A stretch of DNA of 64,000 nt from a virus: positions 22,133 through 86,132 of the IMG/VR virus record IMGVR_UViG_3300043399_000446, one strand, 5' to 3'. Positions 30,996-40,477 of this stretch are shown here, one piece after another. Under the pieces are notes generated by a model that was given only the letters and a program-made list of their open reading frames with translations, ran no database searches and had not been told where the DNA came from. Within the stretch, counting starts at the first letter, position 1; each line of letters begins with the position of its first letter. Both the position numbers and the translations under genes were made by a program.

Positions 30996-31637
30996 TTACT
31001 GGCTTATTGAACTACCTATACCTGTAACTGAAGTTCCGCCAAATGCACGACCAACGCTTGCACCAACGCCAGAAGCCAATGGTGCTTGAATTGCGTTATC
31101 AAATCTTATTGATAGTGATATAGTTACAACATCGCTTGTTCCATAATTTAGAGTATTATAGTTAGCTGATGCTAAGAAGCAACCATATAATTCCCATGTC
31201 TCTAGAACTTGAGGTACTGCTGCACCATTTCCACCGTCTAGAATTTCGACGTTTGTTTGGAACTTATAGTCTTGACCTGTTGCTGCACTAGCTTGCTCAA
31301 CAAAGTCCATTTGCTTCTGAATTTGTTGACCTACTAGTTTAGCTACACTACCTGATGCGTCGTCACGAATATTGATAGACATTGGTGCCCAAGTATGTTT
31401 ACCTGATAGATAAATCGTAGAGTTGTACACTGGTAATGTAATTTCCGAAAAGGTTACATTAGGTCTAGAACAATCTATAACTTGTTTAGTCAATTCTATT
31501 GAATTTGCTTCTACACCAAAGTTTAAGAAATTTACTCTAAAACGGAATTGTAGTTTAGGCATTAATAAGCCTTGGCTTCCCCCAGCGTTATCTGACGCTA
31601 CGGTCATGTTGAACAATGATTGTGAGGCTGTTGCCAT
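30996..31637 (-). CDS. tail tube protein (gp19-like)
   Basis: PKLQFRFRV, W-x-L-x-GCF, directly downstream of the sheath. Confidence 0.8.
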   Translation of the reverse strand: MATASQSLFNMTVASDNAGGSQGLLMPKLQFRFRVNFLNFGVEANSIELTKQVIDCSRPNVTFSEITLPVYNSTIYLSGKHTWAPMSINIRDDASGSVAKLVGQQIQKQMDFVEQASAATGQDYKFQTNVEILDGGNGAAVPQVLETWELYGCFLASANYNTLNYGTSDVVTISLSIRFDNAIQAPLASGVGASVGRAFGGTSVTGIGSSISQ

Positions 31638-31672
31638 TTTTTTATCTCCTATTATTTGTATTTATCATTACT

Positions 31673-31696
31673 AGATAAGGGGTTTCCCCCTTATCT
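31673..31696 (-). terminator. hairpin/terminator after tail sheath
   Basis: AGATAAGGGG-TTTC-CCCCTTATCT. Confidence 0.6.
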
Positions 31697-34600
31697 TAGG
31701 CTGATAATTCTCCTGTGTTTAGAACACGAACTGGAATGTAGATGAATTCAGCAGCTTTCACTGGCTCAATCGCAACGTCAACCCATAGTTCATTTCTATC
31801 TATTCTAGCAGGTGTGTTATTACTTTCATCACAAACTACTAGATAGTCGTAAATACCACGTTTTGCAACTAAATCAATCATAAGTGTTTCGATAACACCT
31901 GCGATTTCATTACGTGTCAATGCATCATTAGGTTCAAACACAAATGGTCTAGAAGCTAGTGTTAGCTGACGACGGATATATGCTACCAATCTTGCTACAT
32001 TAGTTCTGTCTAGTGCGCTTTGTGAATTGAAACTTGTCTTATTGCCATAGTTCAATAATCCTACACCCGTAAAGAATACTAATGGGTTGATGAAATTGGT
32101 ATACAATACATCACGAATACCTATACGTGTCTTAATTGTTACAAACTCACCTGTTGTTCTATTCAAGTAACCTATGTTAGTTGCGTTATCAATGATACCA
32201 CGGCGTGTACCTGCTGCTGCTAACCATGGATAAGAAATAGTATCATTACGCAAGAATGTACGTAGCATCATATGTGATGCTGGTACAGCAACTAAATTAC
32301 CATTCAAGTCTGAAGTGATACCACTGGGATAAAATAGACCCATGTAAGTATTACGTGATACTAGACCTTCTTCGCCTGTTGAAGTTGCACCTACAGCATT
32401 ATTTGCCCATGCTTGAATTGCGGTAGCGTCATCAGCTAAACCCATTGGTGTGTCACCAATAATATAGGCTGTTTCACCTCTATCAGCATTTAATACTATC
32501 ATGTTAGGTTGTAACTCAGGATAGTTGGGAGTAGCAATTAGATTGAAAAAGTTATCTTCATCACGTATATCTGTGTTAGTATCAATTGCTTGACGCATTG
32601 ATTGAACAACCATATTACGCTGTGCTTTACGGCCCATAAATGGCGCACCATTACTTTGTAAACCACTTACTGATACCCAAGCATCTTTTTGTGCAGGTAA
32701 CGATTGATTTGGAAAGTTGCTTCCACTGAAATAGTTTGCTCTAAACTGTTTTACGTTATATCCCGAGCGTCTTGTGTTGAATAAAAGCATACCTGTTGGA
32801 TACAATGAAGCATCAGGAGCATCTAAGTCAAGATAATTGCTTGTTAATAGTGAAGCAATTGTGGGAACTGGATCATCGACTGCACTTGTTGTACTATTAG
32901 TTGCCCAACGAGCATCAGCAAATAAAACACCATTTGAACTTACTTGATCTGTATTATTGATTAGCGTCCACTGATCTTCGCCATCCACACTTTCATAACG
33001 GCGTATTATGGGATAATTTTCTAAATCACTCGTATCTATCCATAAATCACCATAAACTAGTGACGTTCCATCGCTCTGTGCTGTAGGTGCTGTTGCACTA
33101 ATGATAGGACCATTTGGATCAGTAGCGTTTGTTCCACTGGGTGTTGGAAAACCTGAAGAATCATAATTTTGATTCTTATATCCCCTCCAGTTACCATTGT
33201 AGTTTACCATGATATCTACTTGGTCGACTACTGAATAGAACCAATTTGTACCGTTCGCTGGTGCTTGTGCAGGCTCGCCTTCATTAGCAGTATATGTAAA
33301 TTCAACCCAGTTACTGATCTGCGTAGTATAATTGCTTGCTGCTGTTCCTGAAATATATGTGACGCGGCTAACTGCTCCACCTGTTACAGCAGCCACTTCA
33401 ATGACAAGATTATTTGCTGGCGCAGTGCCTCCTAAACTATTACCCGCGATAGTAATTTGATCGCCTACAGCGTAACCTGAACCGCTTGCTGAAGGTATTG
33501 GAGCAACAGTATAAGATTCATATGATTTTGTGATATTAAATATTGCACCTGTACCTGCTCCAGTTGTTGATGTTTGCGAAACTGAAAACATTTTCACATC
33601 TGAAGGACCTATTTTACAACCTGACGTTGTTCCCACAACGAATCCTGCTGTTACTAATAATCCATTAGAAACGCCAGTTAGGGTATTGTAGTCATTAAGA
33701 ACAATTTCACCACCTTGTGTATGAACTAGCTGTATTGAACCGCTAGTGGTAACTGAGGCTACTGTGTTAGGTATATTTGCAGCAGACCAACGAGTTACAA
33801 AATCTGTAGCAGTATCATTATTATTTATAGTAACAGTGTAATAAGATGAAAGTGATGAACTACCTGGTGTACTTACTGCCACACGTAATGTATATGGTCC
33901 TGATGAGAATACTGGATTATCGACAGAACCTGTTACAACTGTTGGACCAGTAGCTATACGCTCCCATAAATAAACTGGTGTCAAACTTGAGTCATTAAAG
34001 TTGTATTGCGCGTAAATAGAACCTGCAGGAATCGCTTTTCCACCAGTCGCGTCTAAGCTTTCTGTTGCTGCCCAGTCACTTGTAGCTAATGTTACAGCTT
34101 TTGTTGACCATGATGCTATGCCCGCGTCATAGCGAGCAATTACAGGAGCTAAACCTCCTCCTGCTGCACCTACTTTAACCCATACTGAACCTGTAGGTCT
34201 TGGATTAGTTTGACTGCTTGTCCATAATGGCATTTGCGCCGCCGTACCATAATAAAAGCCTGGTTGTAAATAATTACCCGTATTTATTCCTAAATCTGTT
34301 AGTACTGTGCTACCTAATACTTGAGTTATTTCAATATAATTAGCATTACTTTGGCCTTTTTGCCTTGAATAGATAGCTAGTTTTCCATCTACCACTTCAG
34401 CAAATAAGTCATACCAACCTAGTTCATTAATAACATTTTGTACACCGTGAACTGTATTATCAGGTGCTAGAGGTACTATAATATTTGCACTTATTGTGCC
34501 ACCTAGACTTAATACAAAAGAATCACCAGCTGTTAGTGTAGGTTCACTTTGCGTTCCCTGGATTGTTGGCCAATCTGCTTTCCACGCATCTGAACCTAAT

Positions 34601-35238
34601 GGTACCCATACATTGTTGGTTGATTTATAAAAATATTGTGCTGCATCGCTTGGTGCTGCTGTAATTTGTATAGCATTTACAGCGTATTCACCTATGTTAC
34701 CAATGCTTGCTAATGGTACTCCACCTGACAATTGATCTGAATCTGTAATAACGATAGGGAATTGTTGTGTGAATTTACCAGTTGTAGCGTTGAATTCGAA
34801 AATTCCCCATGTACTATCTGTGGTATCTAACCAGTAAGCACCATTATCTGGTGCACCTGTTGGACGACCTGTTTGACCTACTAGGGCTGCTAAGTCAATG
34901 TCTGAACGAAGTACGTAACAACGATTTGTTGCGCCTAATACTGAGTAGGCTGCTAATAAACCATATTCGTTTAGTTCATAACCTTGAATAGGTGTACCAT
35001 TTGTTGTTGTATAAAAGAATGGTGTACCATAAAGATTTACTAAATCACGCTGACTTGTTACTAAGAATAATTTATTAGAGTTAGCTAATGTCGTAGCTTG
35101 TGCGACACCTGTACCCGAGGCGTCTGCCTTGTTCTGTGCTGTAGCTACAACTACAAGAGGTACTGAATTTGTTGGGGCAGGAAGATATTGACTTTGGTCA
35201 ATAATCGTTACTTCTACGCCGGGTGATGTTAAAGCCAT
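31696..35238 (-). CDS. contractile tail sheath protein (gp18-like)
   Basis: SPGVEVTIID N-terminus; PWLAAAG, FVFEPND, VCDESNN, AEFIYIP C-terminus. Confidence 0.93.
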   Translation of the reverse strand: MALTSPGVEVTIIDQSQYLPAPTNSVPLVVVATAQNKADASGTGVAQATTLANSNKLFLVTSQRDLVNLYGTPFFYTTTNGTPIQGYELNEYGLLAAYSVLGATNRCYVLRSDIDLAALVGQTGRPTGAPDNGAYWLDTTDSTWGIFEFNATTGKFTQQFPIVITDSDQLSGGVPLASIGNIGEYAVNAIQITAAPSDAAQYFYKSTNNVWVPLGSDAWKADWPTIQGTQSEPTLTAGDSFVLSLGGTISANIIVPLAPDNTVHGVQNVINELGWYDLFAEVVDGKLAIYSRQKGQSNANYIEITQVLGSTVLTDLGINTGNYLQPGFYYGTAAQMPLWTSSQTNPRPTGSVWVKVGAAGGGLAPVIARYDAGIASWSTKAVTLATSDWAATESLDATGGKAIPAGSIYAQYNFNDSSLTPVYLWERIATGPTVVTGSVDNPVFSSGPYTLRVAVSTPGSSSLSSYYTVTINNNDTATDFVTRWSAANIPNTVASVTTSGSIQLVHTQGGEIVLNDYNTLTGVSNGLLVTAGFVVGTTSGCKIGPSDVKMFSVSQTSTTGAGTGAIFNITKSYESYTVAPIPSASGSGYAVGDQITIAGNSLGGTAPANNLVIEVAAVTGGAVSRVTYISGTAASNYTTQISNWVEFTYTANEGEPAQAPANGTNWFYSVVDQVDIMVNYNGNWRGYKNQNYDSSGFPTPSGTNATDPNGPIISATAPTAQSDGTSLVYGDLWIDTSDLENYPIIRRYESVDGEDQWTLINNTDQVSSNGVLFADARWATNSTTSAVDDPVPTIASLLTSNYLDLDAPDASLYPTGMLLFNTRRSGYNVKQFRANYFSGSNFPNQSLPAQKDAWVSVSGLQSNGAPFMGRKAQRNMVVQSMRQAIDTNTDIRDEDNFFNLIATPNYPELQPNMIVLNADRGETAYIIGDTPMGLADDATAIQAWANNAVGATSTGEEGLVSRNTYMGLFYPSGITSDLNGNLVAVPASHMMLRTFLRNDTISYPWLAAAGTRRGIIDNATNIGYLNRTTGEFVTIKTRIGIRDVLYTNFINPLVFFTGVGLLNYGNKTSFNSQSALDRTNVARLVAYIRRQLTLASRPFVFEPNDALTRNEIAGVIETLMIDLVAKRGIYDYLVVCDESNNTPARIDRNELWVDVAIEPVKAAEFIYIPVRVLNTGELSA

Positions 35239-35358
35239 TTTATATTTCCTTTATTGTAAAATTTTGAGGTTTACCGCCTGAGTTATAAGATTATTTAGCA
35301 AAAATTTCAAAAAAGTGCTCAAACCGTGCCTTCGAAGGTTCCAAAACATAAATACTTT

Positions 35359-35703
35359 ATGAGACCTATTTGCGAAACCTGTAACAAAAATGTCAGGTCA
35401 ATAAATTACATTAAAAATGGACAATACCATTACCGTAGCCAATGCGATGAGTGTAGAAGAAAGAAAATAAATCTACCACCTAGAAAACCTAATTGGCTCA
35501 GGAGTGGTTATAAGAAAAAACCCGCATGTGATTTATGCGGGTTTAAGTGCATCTATCAATCTCAGATAGTAGTCTATCACATTGATGGTGACTTAGAGAA
35601 CATTGAATTTAATAATTTACGCAGCGTGTGTTTGAATTGTATTGAAGTAGTAAAACGTACAAAGGTTACTTGGCGCAGGGGTGATTTAAAAGTTGACTAC
35701 TAA
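35359..35703 (+). CDS. zinc-finger/HNH-like protein
   Basis: CxxC pairs, VYHIDGD...N...NL...CLNC; start 4 nt after TAAATA. Confidence 0.6.
   Translation: MRPICETCNKNVRSINYIKNGQYHYRSQCDECRRKKINLPPRKPNWLRSGYKKKPACDLCGFKCIYQSQIVVYHIDGDLENIEFNNLRSVCLNCIEVVKRTKVTWRRGDLKVDY
35515..35544 (-). terminator. terminator embedded antisense in the HNH ORF
   Basis: AAACCCGCAT/ATGCGGGTTT stem with T6 on the minus strand. Confidence 0.5.
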
Positions 35704-36318
35704 TTTAACTTTTTTGTGTAACTCATCTATAGTGCCGTCGTTTTGAATTACAAAATCATATTTCAATCCCACGCTACTATACTCGCTAGCATGAATACCA
35801 GCTTTTTCTAATCTACTTCTTGCCATTGCCCAACCATAATGGCGATCACCTTTTTGAAATTCTTCAGCATCAGCATACCATTCTGGATTCTTACCACGTT
35901 CGACTCTGATAGTCATCCCACCCGCGTTTTTAATAGCTTTTAGCTCATTAGGGAATCTACAATCAGTAATTACTACGTTGTGTTTAGTTTGCCTAAGTTT
36001 ATTTTCTACGCTTGCCACCCAGATGTCGTTGTGAAAGTTTTGACGACAAACTTCTGTGCCCCAATACTGTAGGATCCATCTTGGGGTAAGATGTGGCATT
36101 CTTAAACGCTCAGACCACCATGGGTCTACTTGCTCACGCCATTCTCTGCTTGCTTTAGTTGTACCTTCAAGCATTTCACGATTCCAACCAAAAACATTAG
36201 CGACAGCATCCTTTAAAGATCCTGCGAAGCTCATACGCTTAAATCCGTGAAATGTACAAAGATAATCTGCTATTGTATCTTTACCTGAACCAATTAGGCC
36301 TGTTATTCCTACAATCAT
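35686..36318 (-). CDS. deoxynucleoside monophosphate kinase (T4 gp1-like)
   Basis: GITGLIGSGKDT, TPRWILQYWGTE, ITDCRF, HASE, NDGTI. Confidence 0.9.
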   Translation of the reverse strand: MIVGITGLIGSGKDTIADYLCTFHGFKRMSFAGSLKDAVANVFGWNREMLEGTTKASREWREQVDPWWSERLRMPHLTPRWILQYWGTEVCRQNFHNDIWVASVENKLRQTKHNVVITDCRFPNELKAIKNAGGMTIRVERGKNPEWYADAEEFQKGDRHYGWAMARSRLEKAGIHASEYSSVGLKYDFVIQNDGTIDELHKKVKLVVNF

Positions 36319-36390
36319 TGAAACCCCCGTGATTTCTTATGACATAGTATTACAACATAGATAAAATGTAAAGAGATAAGGTTACCTATT

Positions 36391-37176
36391 TTATCCCTGT
36401 ACCCAAGTCAACGGCTGTGAATAGTCAACATAACGCTTGAGTTCATCAATCAAACGTTCTTGGTCAGCTTTGCTTTCAGCTTTCATAGCTGAACCATTCA
36501 ATGTTGTGCCACCACCTGGACCCACAATACTACCATATTTTTCACGGGCCTCACCTATGATACCTTTTAGAACTGCTAGTGTATAGTCACCTATCCAAAC
36601 ACCAGCACCTGGATCTTGTAGTAGCACTTCTTCAGGTCTTTGGACATCTGCCCAAATAAGGACTCTCTCGCCTGTTCCTTTAGGGTCACGGACAATACGT
36701 AATACTTTGGTAACAGGGTCAAATGTATAGATAACGTAACCACCAAACATACGTGCAGCCAGTTCTACATAACCTGCGTAAAAGTCATAAGTTGCCATAC
36801 CACCAGCATAGTTATAATTTAGCAGGTAAGTATTAAGGATAGCACTACTAAAAGGATCAAATGAAGATGATGCTGGTCCTGTTTCCATACCCACGGTTCT
36901 GCGGAAGATTGATCTTACGTTTATGAATTCCTGTGGCAATGTATAAGTGTCAACATTCTTGACCACAGTCATTAATGTATATGATTCCGCTGTGGCATTT
37001 TGTGCCCGTTGACGGTAAATTTTAATGGCGTAATTATAAGCAGCTTCAAAATGCTGGGGATCTAACTCCAGGTCTACAATATCACCACCTAATCTTAGGC
37101 GCAGATTTTCAAACATTGCGTTTTTTAATTCGTCTAACGTGTATCCATTAGGTGTATTAAGTATATTAGCTGCCAT
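36391..37176 (-). CDS. neck protein (gp13-like)
   Basis: LRLGG...ELD, GEAREKY...GPGGGTTLNG. Confidence 0.8.
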   Translation of the reverse strand: MAANILNTPNGYTLDELKNAMFENLRLRLGGDIVDLELDPQHFEAAYNYAIKIYRQRAQNATAESYTLMTVVKNVDTYTLPQEFINVRSIFRRTVGMETGPASSSFDPFSSAILNTYLLNYNYAGGMATYDFYAGYVELAARMFGGYVIYTFDPVTKVLRIVRDPKGTGERVLIWADVQRPEEVLLQDPGAGVWIGDYTLAVLKGIIGEAREKYGSIVGPGGGTTLNGSAMKAESKADQERLIDELKRYVDYSQPLTWVQG

Positions 37177-37243
37177 AATTTTAATCCATTTATAAATTTA
37201 TTTATCTGGATTTTCTGGTTCTCTAATCATTCCTAGGCAAAAG

Positions 37244-37266
37244 GCGAGTAGATATGCTCTACTCGC
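37244..37266 (-). terminator. intrinsic terminator closing the candidate ncRNA
   Basis: GCGAGTAGA-5 nt-TCTACTCGC followed by CTTTT on the minus strand. Confidence 0.65.
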
Positions 37267-37269
37267 AAA

Positions 37270-37612
37270 AATAAAAACCATTCCTTAGGCTCTATTACAG
37301 AGGCGACGATGAATTTAAAGATTAAGGTGGAGGATTGTCTATGTCTCACCTACCCCTCAAGGGGACTTTACCATATTCGCTGCAAAGTCAAAACATTATT
37401 CATCGGGTAGTTTTGACCAGCCTGGGCCCTCTATCGCTATTACCATGACCCAGCAACATCAACCATTAAGATACAGGAAACGTTTCCGTCAAGGGACGGA
37501 CGTTTAGGCATCATAGGGTAGTCCTGTAAATTCGGCGTTGGTCTCACCTGCCACCGTCACCCGTGAATAGGGAACGGATTATAGACACACTCCAGGGCGT
37601 GTGTTTGCCCAT
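37270..37612 (-). ncRNA. candidate large structured ncRNA (unassigned family)
   Basis: ORF-free, GC-enriched, multiple helices and pseudoknots, G-U pairs favour the minus strand. Confidence 0.6.
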
Positions 37613-37629
37613 TAACCAATAATTATTAC

Positions 37630-38499
37630 TTACTTGCTATTTTCGTAAGACCATTTCCAAGTATAACCTTCTTCTAGACCTAAACTGTCACACAATTCAT
37701 CAGTAAAGGTACCATCAATTCGTAATGTATATCTAAATCCTGGTTCAGGATCTACACCATGATAGTCGCGGTTATTGAAAAAATAACTTCTAGCTCCTGA
37801 AGGGAGATAATGTTTTTCTTTATTTTTTTCATCCCATATAAAGCTAGGTCTCCACCCACCATCAAAGAACAAGTTTATATTGTGATCTTTATGTTCTGCT
37901 ACGATACTATCTCTGTGTATAGTTACCCCTGCGTTGGGATAAGTAGTGAAGAACATTATTCTTCCTATTTCTTTGAAAGGTAGTGTTTTTATATATTCTA
38001 GTAGTTTAGGGAAATGCGATGCTGCAGGAGTCCAATTATCATTATTTTGAGTTTTATTCCTGAAGTCACCGTGCTTTAGATAAAGAGCAAAGAACCAAGG
38101 TATAGCTGACCCTAAAGCAAAGTACGCATACTTATAAAATGCCTGTATTTCTTGGCCTTTAGGGGCTTTACTTATCAGATCCAGTAAAGCGTGATGATGA
38201 ATCCCTGAGGGATCTAAAGTAGATAGAATTTTAGTCCATGACCCGTGATTATCATATCGCAATTCTTCTTCAGGGGGTATATCACCATATATCATTCCCA
38301 TCTTGTATTCAGTAGCTAATGCTAATCCTTGGCAACATTCTATATGTAATTCAGTATCCATACTATGGTCGATAAATTGATCCATAGATATTATCAGTTG
38401 TTTTTTGATACCTACACCTTTAGCTCCATATTCTTGGTATTCAAAATGGGGTATTGAAATGTTTCCTATACTGAATATTTTATGTGCTTGGTTGTTCAT
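37630..38499 (-). CDS. 2OG-Fe(II) oxygenase / Asp-Asn beta-hydroxylase-like protein
   Basis: IHRD (HxD), FNNRDYHGV distal His, RYTLRIDG. Confidence 0.6.
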   Translation of the reverse strand: MNNQAHKIFSIGNISIPHFEYQEYGAKGVGIKKQLIISMDQFIDHSMDTELHIECCQGLALATEYKMGMIYGDIPPEEELRYDNHGSWTKILSTLDPSGIHHHALLDLISKAPKGQEIQAFYKYAYFALGSAIPWFFALYLKHGDFRNKTQNNDNWTPAASHFPKLLEYIKTLPFKEIGRIMFFTTYPNAGVTIHRDSIVAEHKDHNINLFFDGGWRPSFIWDEKNKEKHYLPSGARSYFFNNRDYHGVDPEPGFRYTLRIDGTFTDELCDSLGLEEGYTWKWSYENSK

Positions 38500-38924
38500 A
38501 AATCTCTTTCTTTTCTATTTTCGCTATAGAAGGGATCAAACTCTCCACCAGGATATCGTGCTTTTAGTTTTTCTACATTCTCAGCAACAACATCATTGGG
38601 ATCGTAACCTAGTGCGCGGCAAGCATTTATCCAATACCAAATGATATCGCCTAATTCACGTTTCATGTGATAGCGATTTTCTTCAGTATAGGGCTTACCT
38701 TGAAACGCCATCTTTTTGACGATTTCACTAAACTCCCCGCCTTCACTTGCCAACCCAATACTTGCGGTAAGTAGTAAGGGCATGTTTAGTTGTAAACTAT
38801 GAACAGCAGCCTGCCTTTCCAACTTATGAATAGAATCTATAAAAGACTCTACATAATTTGATTGGTTGCTAGTTACGCCAGCTACAAACTCTTTGTATTT
38901 GTTTAAGTCGATTTTTTTATCCAT
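38496..38924 (-). CDS. mazG: MazG-like NTP pyrophosphohydrolase
   Basis: GLASEGGEFSEIVKK...ELGDIIWY, NVEKLKARYP. Confidence 0.88.
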   Translation of the reverse strand: MDKKIDLNKYKEFVAGVTSNQSNYVESFIDSIHKLERQAAVHSLQLNMPLLLTASIGLASEGGEFSEIVKKMAFQGKPYTEENRYHMKRELGDIIWYWINACRALGYDPNDVVAENVEKLKARYPGGEFDPFYSENRKERDL

Positions 38925-38932
38925 ATTTTTCC

Positions 38933-40165
38933 TTAGAATGCTTTCAGCAGAATCATATCAGCGTTAAACCTGCCGCTAGGGTTACCAGCTACCGCACGAA
39001 TGTCTTTGAAATATTTCCGTGCCGCAGGCTTGCTACCCATGATCTCCTTGATTTGTTCAGCAGGACGACGCAGCGTTTTCATTTCGCTTTTCAGCGTATC
39101 AAACCCCAGAAGCGTATTGCCCTTGACCGAGAAAGTCTTGGCAAGATCATCCGCAACATAGTGGTGCAGCTTGCGTTTCGCCGTATCATAGACCCACGCC
39201 TCACTCGCCCCCAGCAACATCTTGGGATGAATGCTGACAAGATTCAGCTTAGTCTCAGCGTCCTTGAATTCCTTCAGGAACTTGAGTTTAGCTACAATCT
39301 TCTCGGGCGGCACAGCCTTACGCTTGCGCGGCGCTTTCGTAGCCTTTTTGTTGCTGACATAGCTACCCACACTAGCCAGCATAGCTTCGATAAACTTGAT
39401 CGTGTTTTTGACCTGAGTTTTCGTAAGATGCGAGTACGCTTGAACCAGTTGCGGGTCCCTACCCTCAAGCACCTCATTGTACTCTGCTAGCTTGCGCTTC
39501 CAAGCATCAGTAACAATTGAAGTATGCTGAGGCATAACATTGTATTTTGTCAGGAACCCAACAGCATCAGCAGGCGTATTAGCCTTCGATCCACCAAGAT
39601 TGAAGTCATCCATCACACCTTCAAGCTCACCCGCAGCTTGACGCGCCTTTTCACGCATCACTTCCTGAATATTAGGACGTGCTGCGGCGTCTTCCTTGAC
39701 CTTCTTCTTGCCACCAATCAGTGACTCGACCCTGACAATGGGAGCAAGGAGACGGGCAACTTCAGCATCCAGTTGCTTTTGTTCCACCTCAGTAAGGATC
39801 AGACCACGTAGAGTGAGGCGAGCCAGCCAGGCATACGTGGGAATAGCGAATTCGCTGTCATCTACCTTAGCCATGATTTTGGCTTCAGTAGTCTTTCCGT
39901 TATGGAGAAGGAACTGAATCATCAGGTCTTTGGCATCTTTACGACCATAGAACCTGTTGTACCAGTGTAGCGACGTAGCAAGGACGCTTTTGCGAACATC
40001 CTCATTGGGCTGAACCGTAAACTCAGGTTCATACCCAATACGAGCCACTTCAGGATCTTTAGGATTGAGAGCCTTGACGGTAGCAGAGTTGTCGATCAGC
40101 ATCGACTTTTTAGTCACCCTACGTGCGACAGGCTTAGCAGGCTTTACAGCGGCTTTACGAGGCAT
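38933..40165 (-). CDS. conserved early hypothetical protein
   Basis: 410 aa, visibly GC-richer than the flanks, consensus sigma70 promoter. Confidence 0.7.
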   Translation of the reverse strand: MPRKAAVKPAKPVARRVTKKSMLIDNSATVKALNPKDPEVARIGYEPEFTVQPNEDVRKSVLATSLHWYNRFYGRKDAKDLMIQFLLHNGKTTEAKIMAKVDDSEFAIPTYAWLARLTLRGLILTEVEQKQLDAEVARLLAPIVRVESLIGGKKKVKEDAAARPNIQEVMREKARQAAGELEGVMDDFNLGGSKANTPADAVGFLTKYNVMPQHTSIVTDAWKRKLAEYNEVLEGRDPQLVQAYSHLTKTQVKNTIKFIEAMLASVGSYVSNKKATKAPRKRKAVPPEKIVAKLKFLKEFKDAETKLNLVSIHPKMLLGASEAWVYDTAKRKLHHYVADDLAKTFSVKGNTLLGFDTLKSEMKTLRRPAEQIKEIMGSKPAARKYFKDIRAVAGNPSGRFNADMILLKAF

Positions 40166-40195
40166 AGTGTTTCCATGTGAGTAGACATTTCAAGC

Positions 40196-40224
40196 ATTAT
40201 AACAGAGTGCCTATTTATTGTCAA
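40196..40224 (-). promoter_or_regulatory. consensus sigma70 early promoter
   Basis: TTGACA-17 nt-TATAAT with extended TG. Confidence 0.85.
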
Positions 40225-40405
40225 GTTTTGGTGCCCGATTTAACTTAAGGCGCCAAAACATCCGCCAGCGAATGCTTTGTGGGGTTTTGTGTAGACTTTG
40301 CGTCCCAGTCAGCCATTTACCGTCAATAAGTTTGCCAAAAGGCTTTGGTTTAGGTTGACCCTTTAGCAATCGGCGTGCTACTTGTTCGTAGGGAGAAAGT
40401 TTCAT
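40211..40405 (-). CDS. small basic early protein, leaderless
   Basis: MKLSPYEQ..., ATG 7 nt after the -10 box. Confidence 0.5.
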   Translation of the reverse strand: MKLSPYEQVARRLLKGQPKPKPFGKLIDGKWLTGTQSLHKTPQSIRWRMFWRLKLNRAPKLDNK

Positions 40406-40412
40406 AGCAACT

Positions 40413-40441
40413 ATTATGACACGACCCTCATTTATTGTCAA
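40413..40441 (-). promoter_or_regulatory. sigma70 early promoter
   Basis: TTGACA-17 nt-CATAAT; shares TTGACAATAAAT with the 40224 promoter. Confidence 0.75.
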
Positions 40442-40477
40442 CTTATTGAACCAAATAACTTTGCGATAAATAAGAGT

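Noticed and set aside
37270-37612. Candidate ncRNA as tmRNA, RNase P RNA or a group I/II intron
   Set aside because: No T-loop/CCA tRNA-like domain, no P4 consensus, no interrupted gene and no recognisable intron core.
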